From: a virus
Lineage: Duplodnaviria; Caudoviricetes
DNA length: 64,000 bases
Virus record (IMG/VR): IMGVR_UViG_3300028591_000009
Location: 42,603-106,602 of that record
Strand: one strand, 5' to 3'
Part shown: positions 37,753-50,046 of the stretch, one piece after another
How positions within the stretch are numbered: the first letter of the stretch is position 1
Layout: each line of letters opens with the position of its first letter
The notes under the pieces: model-generated
The model's input: only the letters and a program-made list of their open reading frames with translations
The model's database searches: none
What the model was told of the DNA's origin: nothing
Program-made: the position numbers and the translations under genes

Positions 37753-38757
37753 ATGAATTTAAATCATAATACAAACAAACAAACAGGCGATCAGCTTACA
37801 GCAGCAGAATGGAATAATCTTGCTGCTGATGTAAATGAATTGGGAGCTGGTGGTGCAGGAAATAACGACACACATGTCTATTTTGATAGCACAAACAAAC
37901 ACAACCTTAACCTTGTTACTACGGACTCCGATCAATACATCGACGAGAATAATAAGGTAAAGGGCGGCAAGATTAACATCGAACCGTATAGCGATCTTCA
38001 AATCAAACCTGGTGACGACATTACATTGTATTCTCATCACAGAGAAGATCCAGAAGAACTGGCTGTAAAGGTTCTTAATGGTGCAGAGGTTTCTGCTACA
38101 GATCAGGCTGAGATCGATGAATACCCTGTAGATCTTCAATTAAACGCATCAAACGTAATTCTTACAACCAAAGACAAGGCTATTACTATTGCCGAAAAGA
38201 ATAAGGCTCGTGCAGCCGAAGGAAAAGACAATACTGCAGATAAAGCCAACATTATGAATGTAGAAGTTAAGACTGGTACAAAAGCTAAGAAGGCTACTGC
38301 ATCTAATGGTCAATACGGTTATTTGAAGGTTCGCGCAAACGCTATCGATCTTCGTTGTGAAGACCACGGTGGCATTGCTATTCAACCTAAAGGTTATGAT
38401 AGTGATGGCAATATGAACAAGATTAAGTTCGAACATGGCGGTGGCGACGGCCTCGAGTTTGGTACATTCAACACCGAAAAGAGTTCATTGTTCACAGACG
38501 AATATCGTTTCAACAAGAACGGCGAGATTTATCTTGCTACTCGTCAGACCGAAGCTTCTGGTAAGACAGATGATACCGGTATCTTTGACAACACTCCTAG
38601 CGGCAAGACAGCTACAAACGCACTGAAGTATGTAAAGCAAGCCGACGATTTCTATGATGTTATTGACAGCAACGATCCACATTGCACATGGGGTGATATC
38701 GTAACATATATTTCTTGGGCTAAAGCAAACAACCAGGGACCCTGGGCAAATCTTTAA
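37753..38757 (+). CDS. Putative tail/structural protein
   Basis: 334 aa, beta-rich, KQTGDQLTAAEWN N-terminus; no TAG. Confidence 0.7.
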   Translation: MNLNHNTNKQTGDQLTAAEWNNLAADVNELGAGGAGNNDTHVYFDSTNKHNLNLVTTDSDQYIDENNKVKGGKINIEPYSDLQIKPGDDITLYSHHREDPEELAVKVLNGAEVSATDQAEIDEYPVDLQLNASNVILTTKDKAITIAEKNKARAAEGKDNTADKANIMNVEVKTGTKAKKATASNGQYGYLKVRANAIDLRCEDHGGIAIQPKGYDSDGNMNKIKFEHGGGDGLEFGTFNTEKSSLFTDEYRFNKNGEIYLATRQTEASGKTDDTGIFDNTPSGKTATNALKYVKQADDFYDVIDSNDPHCTWGDIVTYISWAKANNQGPWANL

Positions 38758-38763
38758 TAACTT

Positions 38764-38961
38764 ATGATACACGTAAACAATCATAATATAGTTGGTGTTT
38801 ATAGTGGTAATAGGGATATTGTAAAAGTATACAGCGGACTACGCTTAGTCTGGAGTAAGATAATAGACGTTATAACAGAAACATTAAGTTGTTACGCCAA
38901 TGGGTATTGGATAGATGAAAACCCTTGGACTGACGAAACACCTTGGTTTAAAGAACAATAA
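38764..38961 (+). CDS. Small tail-associated protein
   Basis: IVKVYSGLRLVW...GYWIDENPWTD pattern. Confidence 0.6.
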   Translation: MIHVNNHNIVGVYSGNRDIVKVYSGLRLVWSKIIDVITETLSCYANGYWIDENPWTDETPWFKEQ

Positions 38962-38963
38962 AT

Positions 38964-41900
38964 ATGGATTTATATACAGAAAAAATCAATGAATTTACCG
39001 ATTGGGTTTCGGGAGAGAACAGTCTAACTAACGGTAATGATACAAATAATCTTCCGGTATCCGGCGCAAGAATCAGAGAACTTCTTCAAGATCATTTGAA
39101 AGAACCAATATATCTATGGAGAGACACTACTGAGAATTTATACAGGATTTTCAGTAGTGCCGATGCATGGAGAATTTGGGATTCTGATAGAACAAGATAT
39201 GCTGATCTAGAACTTGCAAGCTTCGTAGCTCCTTCGGAATATGGCATAGAGGTAACGTTTCCAGAAAACGGTACTATACTATACGCTCGTGAAGGTGTTC
39301 ATGATGAGAATACTGTCGTATCTTATAGTTGGAATGTTGTTGATGGTAAAGGCAACGAACTTGACGAAAACATGTATGTAACATACAGTATAGTAGAGAA
39401 CGGTGCTTATGTACCTACAACAAAAACTCCATCTGAAAAAAATGTAAGAGAAGATTTATATGATTATCTTTCTACTGGTTTGAATACAGTAGAGATTTCG
39501 TTTAAAGGCGCAGATAGTGGAGCTGAAACAAAGAAGACAATTACAGTTCACGTACTTAAACTAAATGTTAGTACAGACTTTAATTATACAACAGTTAGAG
39601 AAAATTTAAAACCTCTTAACTTTTCATTGTATGCAGACAGAAACGTATAGGGTCCTTTGAGTTTTAAAACTCGCAGATACTATTACGGTTCTGGTAAATT
39701 CAACGAAGCTGCACAAGAATAGTATGAAAATACATTTAATATTAGAACTGCGGACGAAAACAACTTGACTCCTAGTGCAGAATATCAAGAATCTGGTTCT
39801 GAAGATGCTACGCGATTAAAAGCTGGTTTACATGCGGTATAGGTTATTGGTAGAATGATCCTAAATAATAATCAGTTTAATAGCAATCTTTTATACTATT
39901 TGTTTGGCGTAGGTTTTCAACCAGGCAGCGAGACAATGTATCATGGTATAGCGGCAGAGTGTAACTTTAACGGCAAAATAGATTTTATTGGTCCTACAGA
40001 GTTTATGCTCGAGGCCACGCAATATGAATAGTTTACTCTAAATTGGGGTTATATTAGTTATATTGGTGGAATGAATAACAGCATTTCGTGGTATATGCGA
40101 GACGTGAACAATGAGGATCCTGAGGATGTAAATGAAACATTCATTACAACTGTAGAATGTTCGTCAAACGTAGCTGCTAGTCCTCTTAAATACATGCCCG
40201 TAGAATATACCGATTCTGGAAGAAGTACATTTCTTGTAGCAAAAATTTCTGGAACGGATATAATTGAACTTCCGATATATATCAAAGAAAGCGAACTTGG
40301 TATTAGTGAAACTGGAGGTGCCGATTTAAAACTCAAACTTTCTGCATACGGAAGACTCAACGAAAATACAAACGTTTCTACATGGGAATATAATACATAT
40401 TCTACAACGTTTACCAATGTAAAATGGAATCCTGCAAGCGGATGGTATGATAATAGTTTACGATTATCTGGAATCGATTCTACAGCAGTAATCAATTACA
40501 ACCCGTTTGGAGATATAGATGCTACAAACAAAGGTGTTACTGTAGAGGTTGAGTTTGAATCTGAATATGTTTCTTCTACAGACGAGGAGCTTATTAGACT
40601 AGGTAGTTCGTTAAATAGCGAACCGCACATTAGTATATTTGCTAACAAAGCTTAGTTGTTTATACAAGGATCTCCTATTATTACTACTAACTATAAAGCT
40701 AACGAACGCGTAAAACTTGCGTTTATTGTTGAGCCTAGAAATAATGTAAGCGAAGAGATTAAGAACGTAATCTTTATTGTAAACAATGGTATATGCGAAA
40801 GAGCAGCTGGTTGGAAAGATTATGAACCTGCGGTATTTTCCGCAAATACTGGAAATATTACTATAGGAGGGTGTAATTCTGGAATACGTGTATATAATAT
40901 AAGATGTTATACCAAAGCTATTACGATTTTAAACGCTTATAATAATTTTGTATACGATAGTGATGACAAGGCGTCTATTGTAGGACGAAATAATATTTAC
41001 GCTAACAACGAAATAAATCTTAAGAAATGTCAAGATAAAATCGATGTAATTATTTTAAAAGGTCCTTTGAATAAAGTATTAAGCCGCAATACTACAAAAG
41101 ATGGTTCTAACAGCGAATGTGATATACAACGCATATGTGCTAAAGATCGCTCCAAAAACTTTACTGTAACTCACGGACGTATTCGTAAACATGGTCAGTC
41201 TACGTTGAACTATCCTCTTACTTCTTATAAGTTGTGGACATGGTCTTCTGTAGATGAAGTAAGACCTAGCTTAATAATTGATGCTTCTGAAGATATCCCG
41301 TTCTCTAAGAATAGATACCAGATGAAGAACGATGCAATACCTTCAAACAAGTTTGTATTGCAAGCCAACTATGCAGACTCATCTGGTACACACAATGGTG
41401 GTTTCTTAAGACTTATTTAGGATATCTGGTATAATAGCCAGATTGATGGAGAATATAAGCTTAGGACATAGCCGTAGTTGTTTAGCTCAAATCAGACAAT
41501 CTCTGTATAGACCGGAGATGAGATGACTACTGCTGAATCTAATCTCTTTAGAGGTATGAATGCGCAGGGTAAATAGTGGGGAGATTACTTTGGACTTACT
41601 CCGTTCCCGTATGTATTAAGAACGGCGCCAGATTCATTCCCATGTTTAGTATTCTACCAAAACGACGATGCTGGAGATACAGCCGCACACTTCTTAGGAC
41701 AATATGTATTTATGGATGATAAGAAGTCTGATTATACATATGGACAGAGAAGTATATACAAGGTAGACAACGTGCAGTCTGGTACCAACAATGCCAACGA
41801 CCCGTTCTGTGTTAAGAGAGATCCTAAGACGGGAGAATCTATTTGGGATGAAAAGAAGGGTACTAAGATTTGGGACAACGATAAGGTTCTTCGTATTGAA

Positions 41901-44900
41901 TGTCTTTCTGTAAACAGCACGCTTGCAGACTTCCGTGGTACTACTGCTGATAATAGTGGTCGTCAATTCGATAATGTTATACTTGGTTCAAATGAAGATA
42001 ATACAAGTATTGGTTGGGAAGAAGACTTTGAATTGGTATACCCAGAGAAAGAGGAAATTACCACATCTAAACAATTTGACGCCAATAAGTTTGTAGCTAC
42101 TGTACAACCATTTACGGAATGGTTGCGTTGGATCATTGGTACTTATCATAACCAAGCGCAGTTTGAAGCTACTGCAGCACAACACCTAGACCTTTATAAG
42201 ATGGCTGCTTATTACATCTTTGTATTGAGATTTGGTCTTGTGGACTCATTGGAACGTAATGCTCAGATTAAGACGTACGATGGTAAACACTTCCATTATG
42301 AGCCTTGGGATATGGATATCGCATTAGGTAACCGAAACACTGGCGGTATTGCATTTAATCCTCCTATCGACCGTAATACGATGATGGATGCTACTACAGG
42401 AGCTATTTCTGGTAGATCTGTTATTGATACAAACAATGACGATGTTCCCGATACTACAGTATCTAACTGGCTGTTCGATGCTCTTGAAGCATGGCCATAT
42501 TGGATGAATACTATTGTTCCGAAGGTAGCTGATGCTATGTATAAGCAGGGTCTTACGTATACAAACGTAATTAACATGCTTGATGGACAGTATCAGGATG
42601 CCTGGTGCGAAACAATCTATAATGAGACTGGTAACTTCAAATATGTTGTAAACCGTCAAAACGTAGATAGCAATGGCAATATTCTATCTGGATATGATGA
42701 TAGCTGGTTGTCATGGTTACAAGGAGCTCGTACAACTCACCGTCACTGGTGGTTGAAGACCTCTATGGACTACTACGATGCTAAGTGGGGTGTAGGCGAA
42801 TTTATGGAGAAGAACATGTACATCGGTTGTGAAATGCACAATGTACAAGGATCTATAAACATTGTTCCTACTTCTTCTACATATTTCATGTTTGAACGTG
42901 AAGCAACTAAGTTTGGTCCATTTGCGGCAACTGTAGACGATCCTTTAGAGTTTGATGTATCTTCTATTAACTCTGGTGCGAAGGTTCCGTTTAAAATGTA
43001 CGGCGCCAACTTTATCAAAGAGATTGATATTAGCGACGTAGCAAGCGGCCTTCAAGTATTTTCTATTGCCAACGCATTCTCATCTGAAGTAGGACCTGTG
43101 ATAACCAAAGTAAATATTGGAGTTAAGGTTACTTAGCAAGATGCAAATACATATACAGGCCAAGAAAATAATAAAGAAATTTAGATTGCTGCCGGTAGTT
43201 CATTGAATGCTATAGAAGAATTAAATATTCGTGGACAACGTAGTTCAGGTCTACTCGGTACTGGTCGTATACAAGGTCTTGATTTTATAGCTAACACAAA
43301 GACTATTAAGAAGATCTATGCTATGGGTGCCGGTATGAATACACTCAATAGCTGTATAGGTACAGACTTTGATACTCTTGAACTTCCAGATACCATTTCT
43401 TCTATTACATTTAATAGTACTACTTGGGATCCAAATAAATTATCGTTCTGGCATACTACATCTGGTGGTTATGTAACTAGAACTTACACTGATTATAAAG
43501 TAGACGAACAAGGCGAGGTAGTTTATGAGAACGGTGAACCTGTAATGGAGGAGTACACTGTACAGGAAATGAATCCTGCTACATATACAAAGTATGATCT
43601 CGACGATGCTCAAATAGGAGTATCTATTCCTAGAGGATTGTTAGCGGTTCGTATGACAGGTACTACTGGTAAAAATGCTTGTGCTAGACAGTTTGTTGTA
43701 GACTGGATCGCTTCTATTATCAAATGGGGTACCGAAGATTGGGATAACCAAGAAAACGGTGCAGATGAATACGCATCCCTCGATGAATATTTAACACATC
43801 TATTCAATGAGAGAACTCTTTCTGTAGAGAATATATATTGGAACAATTCAGCAATTCCTGGTTTGAGTTATGAACAACTTACTTGGATTGCTAAATTTAA
43901 TAATATAGATTATTCTCAACAATATACAACTCATCCAAACATAACTAATTTTTCTAGAGGTTATGTAGTACTTACAGATACTAATGCTCTTACTGGTATT
44001 CAAACATCTTATTTGTCTACATGGTTTGGTGAAGGTGTATTTGTATTAAACAGTAGTGGTCTTGTAATCGATCAATAGTTAGAATATACAACCATATCTG
44101 TAGGTCCTGCCGCATATGTAGAAAATAACGAAATATATATAAAAGAAGGTACATCTGCAAGAATACAGGCGACGAAGTTTAATCTTAGACCATCATTATC
44201 TTCTACAGAATTTTAGCTTTCTGCTCCAGATTCACAGCTATCTGCATCATCTTATAGAGGAACTAGTATTGTTTCTAATAGGATAGGCGTAGGAGATGAA
44301 GTTATTTATTATCTAAAAGCCGATCCATATGTTACTGGATAGGATTATGATGTTAGACTTGCAAGTGGTTCTGGTAGTGTTATTATCCATGTAAAAGCTT
44401 TAGATTATCCAGAACAAATATTCTTAAGCATACAAGGTAATAAAAAGTTAGATGATAGTGGTTCGAATACAGATTTCTACAAATATGATAAAGGCTTTGA
44501 TACATTTGTATTAGGAAACTAGGCTGGTCCATTCTTAGTTGGTGTACAATTTAAAGAAGGCGATAGATGGGTGAATACTCCATCTAACGATACAATTAAA
44601 CCTTCGTATGCTAAATTTAAAGTATATAAAAATGATGTACTTTGTTCTAGATTTGAGTACGGAATAAATTATACAGACTTTATACAAGCAGGACTAACGA
44701 CAACTACTTTTGTAGATCAAGCAGACACATCTCTATCTTACATTACTGGATATAAACCTACATCAGACATATACAAATATTTTATCCCACTGAATGTAGA
44801 AAGAACTGTTCAGCAAGAACCGTTAAAATATAGAGTTGATTGTGAGATTAAACTTGGTGGTATGATTACTACGCTTAGCGCCAACATTATACTAATTAAG

Positions 44901-45911
44901 GATTTTGTTGTTGCGCCAGAAGGAAATCCATTGTGGGGTCTTATAAATAACTCGTATGTTCAACAAAAAGGATCTAATTACACACGAGGCGGATTCTATA
45001 GAAGTATTACTGATTTTATTGTAGGCGATATAAGTGTTGACGGATAGTATAATTTAAATGGTACTTGGACAACAGTAGGATCTAGTATACAAAACACAAT
45101 ATCAAGCGGAAGTGGTACTGCTACTAGTATGTTTAAGTACTTACCTGGTATACACGGTATTAAACTTGATGGATCTACAATGGCTTCTACTGCAGAAGGT
45201 ATAACCAATATCGATTTGTCTAACGTTCAAGATCTTGTTACGTTCTCTATATAGGATTGTACAAATCTTACTGGTACTATAGATCTATCTTCATTTGCTA
45301 ACCTTGAAGAAGTTGATGCTAGCGGAACTACAGTTAATGTATTGATTCCTACACGATCAAAAATAACTAAATATGAATTAGGAGCTCCAACATCAATCAG
45401 CATTATTAATCCTACTGTATTATAGCCTAGTGGAGTTAAAGTAGATTCATGGGGTAATATTAATTCATTGGTATTAAAAAATATACCTGGCAATAATACT
45501 TATGCAATGTTTGAGCAAATTATGCAAACATACATGTTTGGAGGAGGTCTTATTTGGGGTAAACGCATAAACATTGAAGGGGAAACAGGAGCTGACGCTT
45601 TTGTAGATGATACTAACGAGTGGTGTGTGTCGACATATATTGATATACAAGGTATTTCTTCAATATCAGTAAATGCACCTCATTATACAGGTATACTATA
45701 TTTAGATTCACATTATAAAAAAATTGAGAGAGAAAGATTCTTTGGTAGCGATGATAGTAATGTAGAAACCACAATTACACCTCCGCAAGGAACATATTAT
45801 ATGATATGGGGAATTTTATCTAATACAAGCACGCCATCCGTATACTCCAAGAATGTATGTTTTAAAAATGCTAATACAGGACGCACTTTGTTTGAATATA
45901 AGCCCTCTTAA
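38964..45911 (+). CDS. Giant 2315 aa protein (code 15): LamG-like, CotH-kinase-like and LRR-like regions
   Basis: One frame broken only by ~19 TAG; GQSTLNYP, LQANYADSS..HN, GQYVFMDDK, GLVDSLERN and PWDMDIALG motifs. Confidence 0.8.
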
Positions 45912-45939
45912 TTTATACAATAAAGATATTTAATTAGTC

Positions 45940-46839
45940 ATGACATCGTTAAGAATTGAATAGGGATCTGCTGTAGAAAACGTTTCAGAATCTCTTATAA
46001 AGAAATTGTATGATATAGCTGTTGAAGTACCGCTGCCTGGTGCAGGAGAAGAAGATGCCGCATATCTTTCTGGTCACATAGCAGTAGAGTATACTTATAA
46101 GTCATATGTTGATTATTTGGCAGGTACTATTGGAGAAGGTTCTTCTGGAGTTGTAACTACAATTAGACAAAACGCAGGTGGAAGATTTGGAGATTTAAGA
46201 ATAGATGTAACACGTGGATATTGGATTTTGTTTGAAGATGAAGCTGTAGAAAATGTATTAAAAACAATGTTGCATAAGTCTGGATTAGTTAGTAGTGATT
46301 TAGATACAATTACCTCATTAACTAGAAGCAGCGGATTTAAAAATAATACTTCCATCACTTCTTTAAACGATCTTTAGTATTTAACTTATTGTACTGTTAT
46401 AGATGAAGAAACGTTTTGGGGCGCAAGTAACTGTGTTACTATGAAACTTCCTCCTATGGTAAGAAGGATTGAAGATTTAAGAAATATGTCAAAAGTTGAA
46501 GGATTAAGAATTCCATCTACATGCACCGGAAATACAGATGGCAATTTGTTTATTAGAATGTTTGACAGCTTGAATCTTTTGGTTGTGGATGGCACTATAG
46601 ACGAACTTAACATGGATGAAGAAAGTGGAAGGTTTGCTGCTCCTACTAATATAGTAATAAACGGCCTTGTAAATAAAATTGTAGTACAAGGAAAAAATTA
46701 TACTACGTGGGGAGGAACAATTTGGGTAGATGATGTTGCTACATATAAAGCTAAAAGCGGTTTTTCTTCATACAAGAGTAATTTGAGTCCTATATCTAGT
46801 ATGCCAGCTGCATTATAGAATGCTGTTGCACAATTATAA
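45940..46839 (+). CDS. BspA/LRR_5-like protein, 299 aa (code 15)
   Basis: FKNNTSITSLNDLQYL...IDEETF...MKLPP.VRRI; 3 in-frame TAG. Confidence 0.65.
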
Positions 46840-46873
46840 TCAATAACACAACCTCAAGTGTCTAAAATGAGGA

Positions 46874-46915
46874 TGCGTAGAATGGTTAATCTTGGTTCGA
46901 TTCCAAGCTGCGCAC
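46874..46915 (+). ncRNA. Mini tRNA-like element (acceptor + T arm only)
   Basis: TGCGTAG-AATGGTTAAT-CTTGG-TTCGATT-CCAAG-CTGCGCA. Confidence 0.6.
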
Positions 46916-46978
46916 AACGCATTAAGCGTTTTACTAATTAACTAACTTTTATTCACTAATTAAACTAAAATTAAAACT

Positions 46979-47872
46979 ATGGAAAGTTCTAAGATTATGA
47001 TGTTCCCTGAGATGGGAAGTAATAGTATTGATCCAAACCTGCTGATGGCTTTGAATAACAACGGTGGTTTTGGTGGTAATAACTGGATTTGGATTTTGTT
47101 CCTTTGGCTGATTTGGGGCTGGGGAGGCAATGGTAACTGGGGCGGAAACGGTTCTAATGGTTTCCTGTCTAACCAGATTGCTAATGACTCAGGTCGTGAG
47201 TTGCTGATGAACGCTATCCAAGGTAACGGTAACGCTATTCGTGATATAGCTACTATGTTGAACACTGAAGTTCAGACTGTTCAAAATGGTATATTCACGC
47301 TGAACAACGCTATTACTTCTGTAGGTACTCAGGTGGGCATGAGTGGTTTGCAAATCTAGAACGCTATCCAGAGTGGTAATGCATCAATTGCAAGTCAGAT
47401 ATGTCAGTGCTGCTGCGAGAACCGTTTGGCTATCGCTAATCAGACTAACACCTTGCAGTCACAGATGGCTGCTGCTCAAGCTGCCGATCAACTCGCAGTT
47501 TGTCAGTAGACCAACACGCTTAGCACATAGGCTGAGCGCAATACTCGTGACATTGTTGATGCTATTCAGAATCAGTCTGTTATGATCAACGATAAGTTCT
47601 GTGATCTCGAGAAGAGAGAGCTGCAGGACAAGATCAACTCATTGACTGCTGATAACGCTCTGTTACGTTCAAATGCAAACAACTCTGCACAGACCGCATT
47701 TATTAACGAGAAGTTCAATATTGTAAATGCTGAACTCGCTGCTATTAAGGCATCGCAGCCTAATACAATCCCTGTTCAGTGGCCAAATGTTGTAGCTGTA
47801 AATACTACTCCTTACGGAGGTCCGTTTGTTGGTTATAACAACGGTTGGGGTTCTAATAGCTTCTGGAATTGA
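46979..47872 (+). CDS. Gly-rich TM + coiled-coil protein with QCCCE motif, 297 aa (code 15)
   Basis: Frame joined across 3 TAG; architecture typical of Bacteroidota phages. Confidence 0.75.
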
Positions 47873-47888
47873 TTGAAAGGAGGTACTT

Positions 47889-48248
47889 ATGTTTGGTACT
47901 ACTAATTATCCATTCAATTTCTCTAATAGAAGAGGAATTCCTATGTTGGAGACTACATCTGTTACAGTGACAGATACTAATGTAGTACTTAATCTTCCGA
48001 ATAGAGCGTTCAGATGGTTAAACGATAAAGGCGTAATCCTCCTTCGTTTGAATCAGCCTATTCCAGAAGGTACTACTGCAACACTACCGGTGTTATTCTC
48101 CTCAAATGATTTTACACAACCGCTGACGAATATTGGTGGCACTGCAATTACTGTTGCTTAGATAACTGGCACAGGAGTATACCTTATATATTATGATAAG
48201 GATGCTAATTTAATGCAGATGATGACCACTGCTATTCCTGCAGCATAA
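47889..48248 (+). CDS. Hypothetical protein, 119 aa (code 15)
   Basis: One TAG at 48159; TAA at 48246. Confidence 0.7.
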
Positions 48249-48274
48249 TTACTAATATTTAACTTTATTGAATT

Positions 48275-48577
48275 ATGATAGTTATTGAAATGCGCGAAGC
48301 TGCACAAGAGAAAGCTCTCGAACTCGTAGATGAATTGCACGAGTTGGGTCATGAAAAGAAAATGATCTTATGTGAGCTTGAAGATACATTATATGATTGT
48401 TTTGAAAGCTCAGACAAAGAGCATAAAGAAGAGGAGTCCGAAGAAGGAACAGACCTCGGCTTTAAGCGTCACTACGCTATGCGTAACTTTAACGATGAAG
48501 ATAAAGATACAGAAAAGTATCATAGTTATCGTGGAAGAATGCGTATGCGTAGAAACAGAATGGGTAGATATGTATAA
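48275..48577 (+). CDS. Hypothetical protein with Arg-rich tail
   Basis: 100 aa ORF. Confidence 0.7.
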   Translation: MIVIEMREAAQEKALELVDELHELGHEKKMILCELEDTLYDCFESSDKEHKEEESEEGTDLGFKRHYAMRNFNDEDKDTEKYHSYRGRMRMRRNRMGRYV

Positions 48578-48631
48578 TTTGTACACCTGGGGGTTACGGC
48601 CCCCGGGTATGTACAATAAATTATTAACAAT

Positions 48632-49123
48632 ATGTTTTCAGGATTAAGACAGGGTACAGCTCTTTATGTATTAGATAAGAGCAAAGAACCTAAAGTTATT
48701 ACGGGCTATGTGGAACGTGTAAGTGTACCACACCCTATGTATCCTAACTACAACCCATCTGTGAGCTTTGGAGCAAACCTTCAAACAGTTGTAGATGTAA
48801 CGGTTAAGTTGGGCGATGAAAGAAAAGAATTTGTTGGAGTACCGAGTACTGCTACAGTTCATTCTTATGGAGATTATATACTCAGTGAGTCTAAGGATAG
48901 CATGATTTAGGAAGTTACAACAATGCTAGAAAACAGTAAAAGTATAGTAGCTAATGTTGAACAACATAAATCAAACATATCAGCTTGTGAGAAGATACTT
49001 AAGGAGCTGAATCCAGTATACGCTAAAGAACAAGAAAGAGATGAGGCTATTGACAACATCTCTGGACGTATGGATCGTATAGAGGATATACTTGCTAGAC
49101 TTGAGAACAAGTTGGGTATGTAA
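48632..49123 (+). CDS. Hypothetical protein, 163 aa (code 15)
   Basis: Two fragments joined by TAG at 48908. Confidence 0.72.
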
Positions 49124-49124
49124 T

Positions 49125-49520
49125 ATGATCGCACAATATATACAGTTAGGAAATAAAGGCTGGAATGTGTTAGTATATTACGGTGTACACGAAGAAGACT
49201 TTATAGAAGTACAAGACGCCCTTAAACAACTAGGGTGTTCACACAGAGATGTACGTAGATCTTTAAAAGTATTAACTAAAGAGAATACTGGATTTACTTT
49301 TAGTAACTCTGAATACAAGATGAGTATAATCTGTATAGGTCCTTCGTCAGATATAAGTCAATTTGTAAACACAGCAATACATGAAGCTAAACACGTTCAG
49401 TCTCACATATGTTCATACTATGATATCCCAGAGAACAGCGAGGATGCCGCATATCTAATTGGGTATCTAGTACAGAGAATGTATAAAATGTTCTCTAAGA
49501 TTATAAAATAGTATGTTTGA
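49125..49520 (+). CDS. Small HExxH protein (ends 49511 if TAG is read as stop)
   Basis: IHEAKH...SEDAAYL motif, similar to 32511..32927. Confidence 0.65.
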
Positions 49521-50031
49521 TATAAAAGGTGATAAAATTTCTCTCAATACTGAGGATTTGGCTATACCTCCTTTTAAGGAGCATTATAATAAAGCAAAAG
49601 ACAAGTCCTCAGCATTGAAGGAGATAGAATATGTAATATGGCTACACAAATGGAATACTCCATATGAAGCATACCCGTTAGAGACACGGGCATAGACAGT
49701 AGCCAAAGATATATTTGGAGACGAAAAATATATACCCACTGAAGATGTGAAGGAGCTAGCTAAGCGGTTCTTAGAGTTTCAAGAAACACCAGGAACTAGG
49801 CTACTATCAGCTTCACAAACTGCAGCAGAAGGACTTATTGCTGCTTTGAATGATTATTCACAAGGTAGCATGGATATTGATACAGCCATTAAGGTTACGC
49901 GTATATTAAAGGATGTAGGCAACATTGTTAAGTCATTAGATATAGCAATGAAACAAGCTAAGGCAGAACAAGTAGATGCAGGTAGAGTTAAAGGTGGTGG
50001 TATAATTGGAAGATACGAAATACCTAGGTAA
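49513..50031 (+). CDS. Hypothetical protein, 172 aa (code 15); terminase small subunit candidate
   Basis: Joined by TAG at 49693; helical; near terL. Function is inferred only. Confidence 0.55.
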
Positions 50032-50046
50032 TTAAATATTTAAAAC

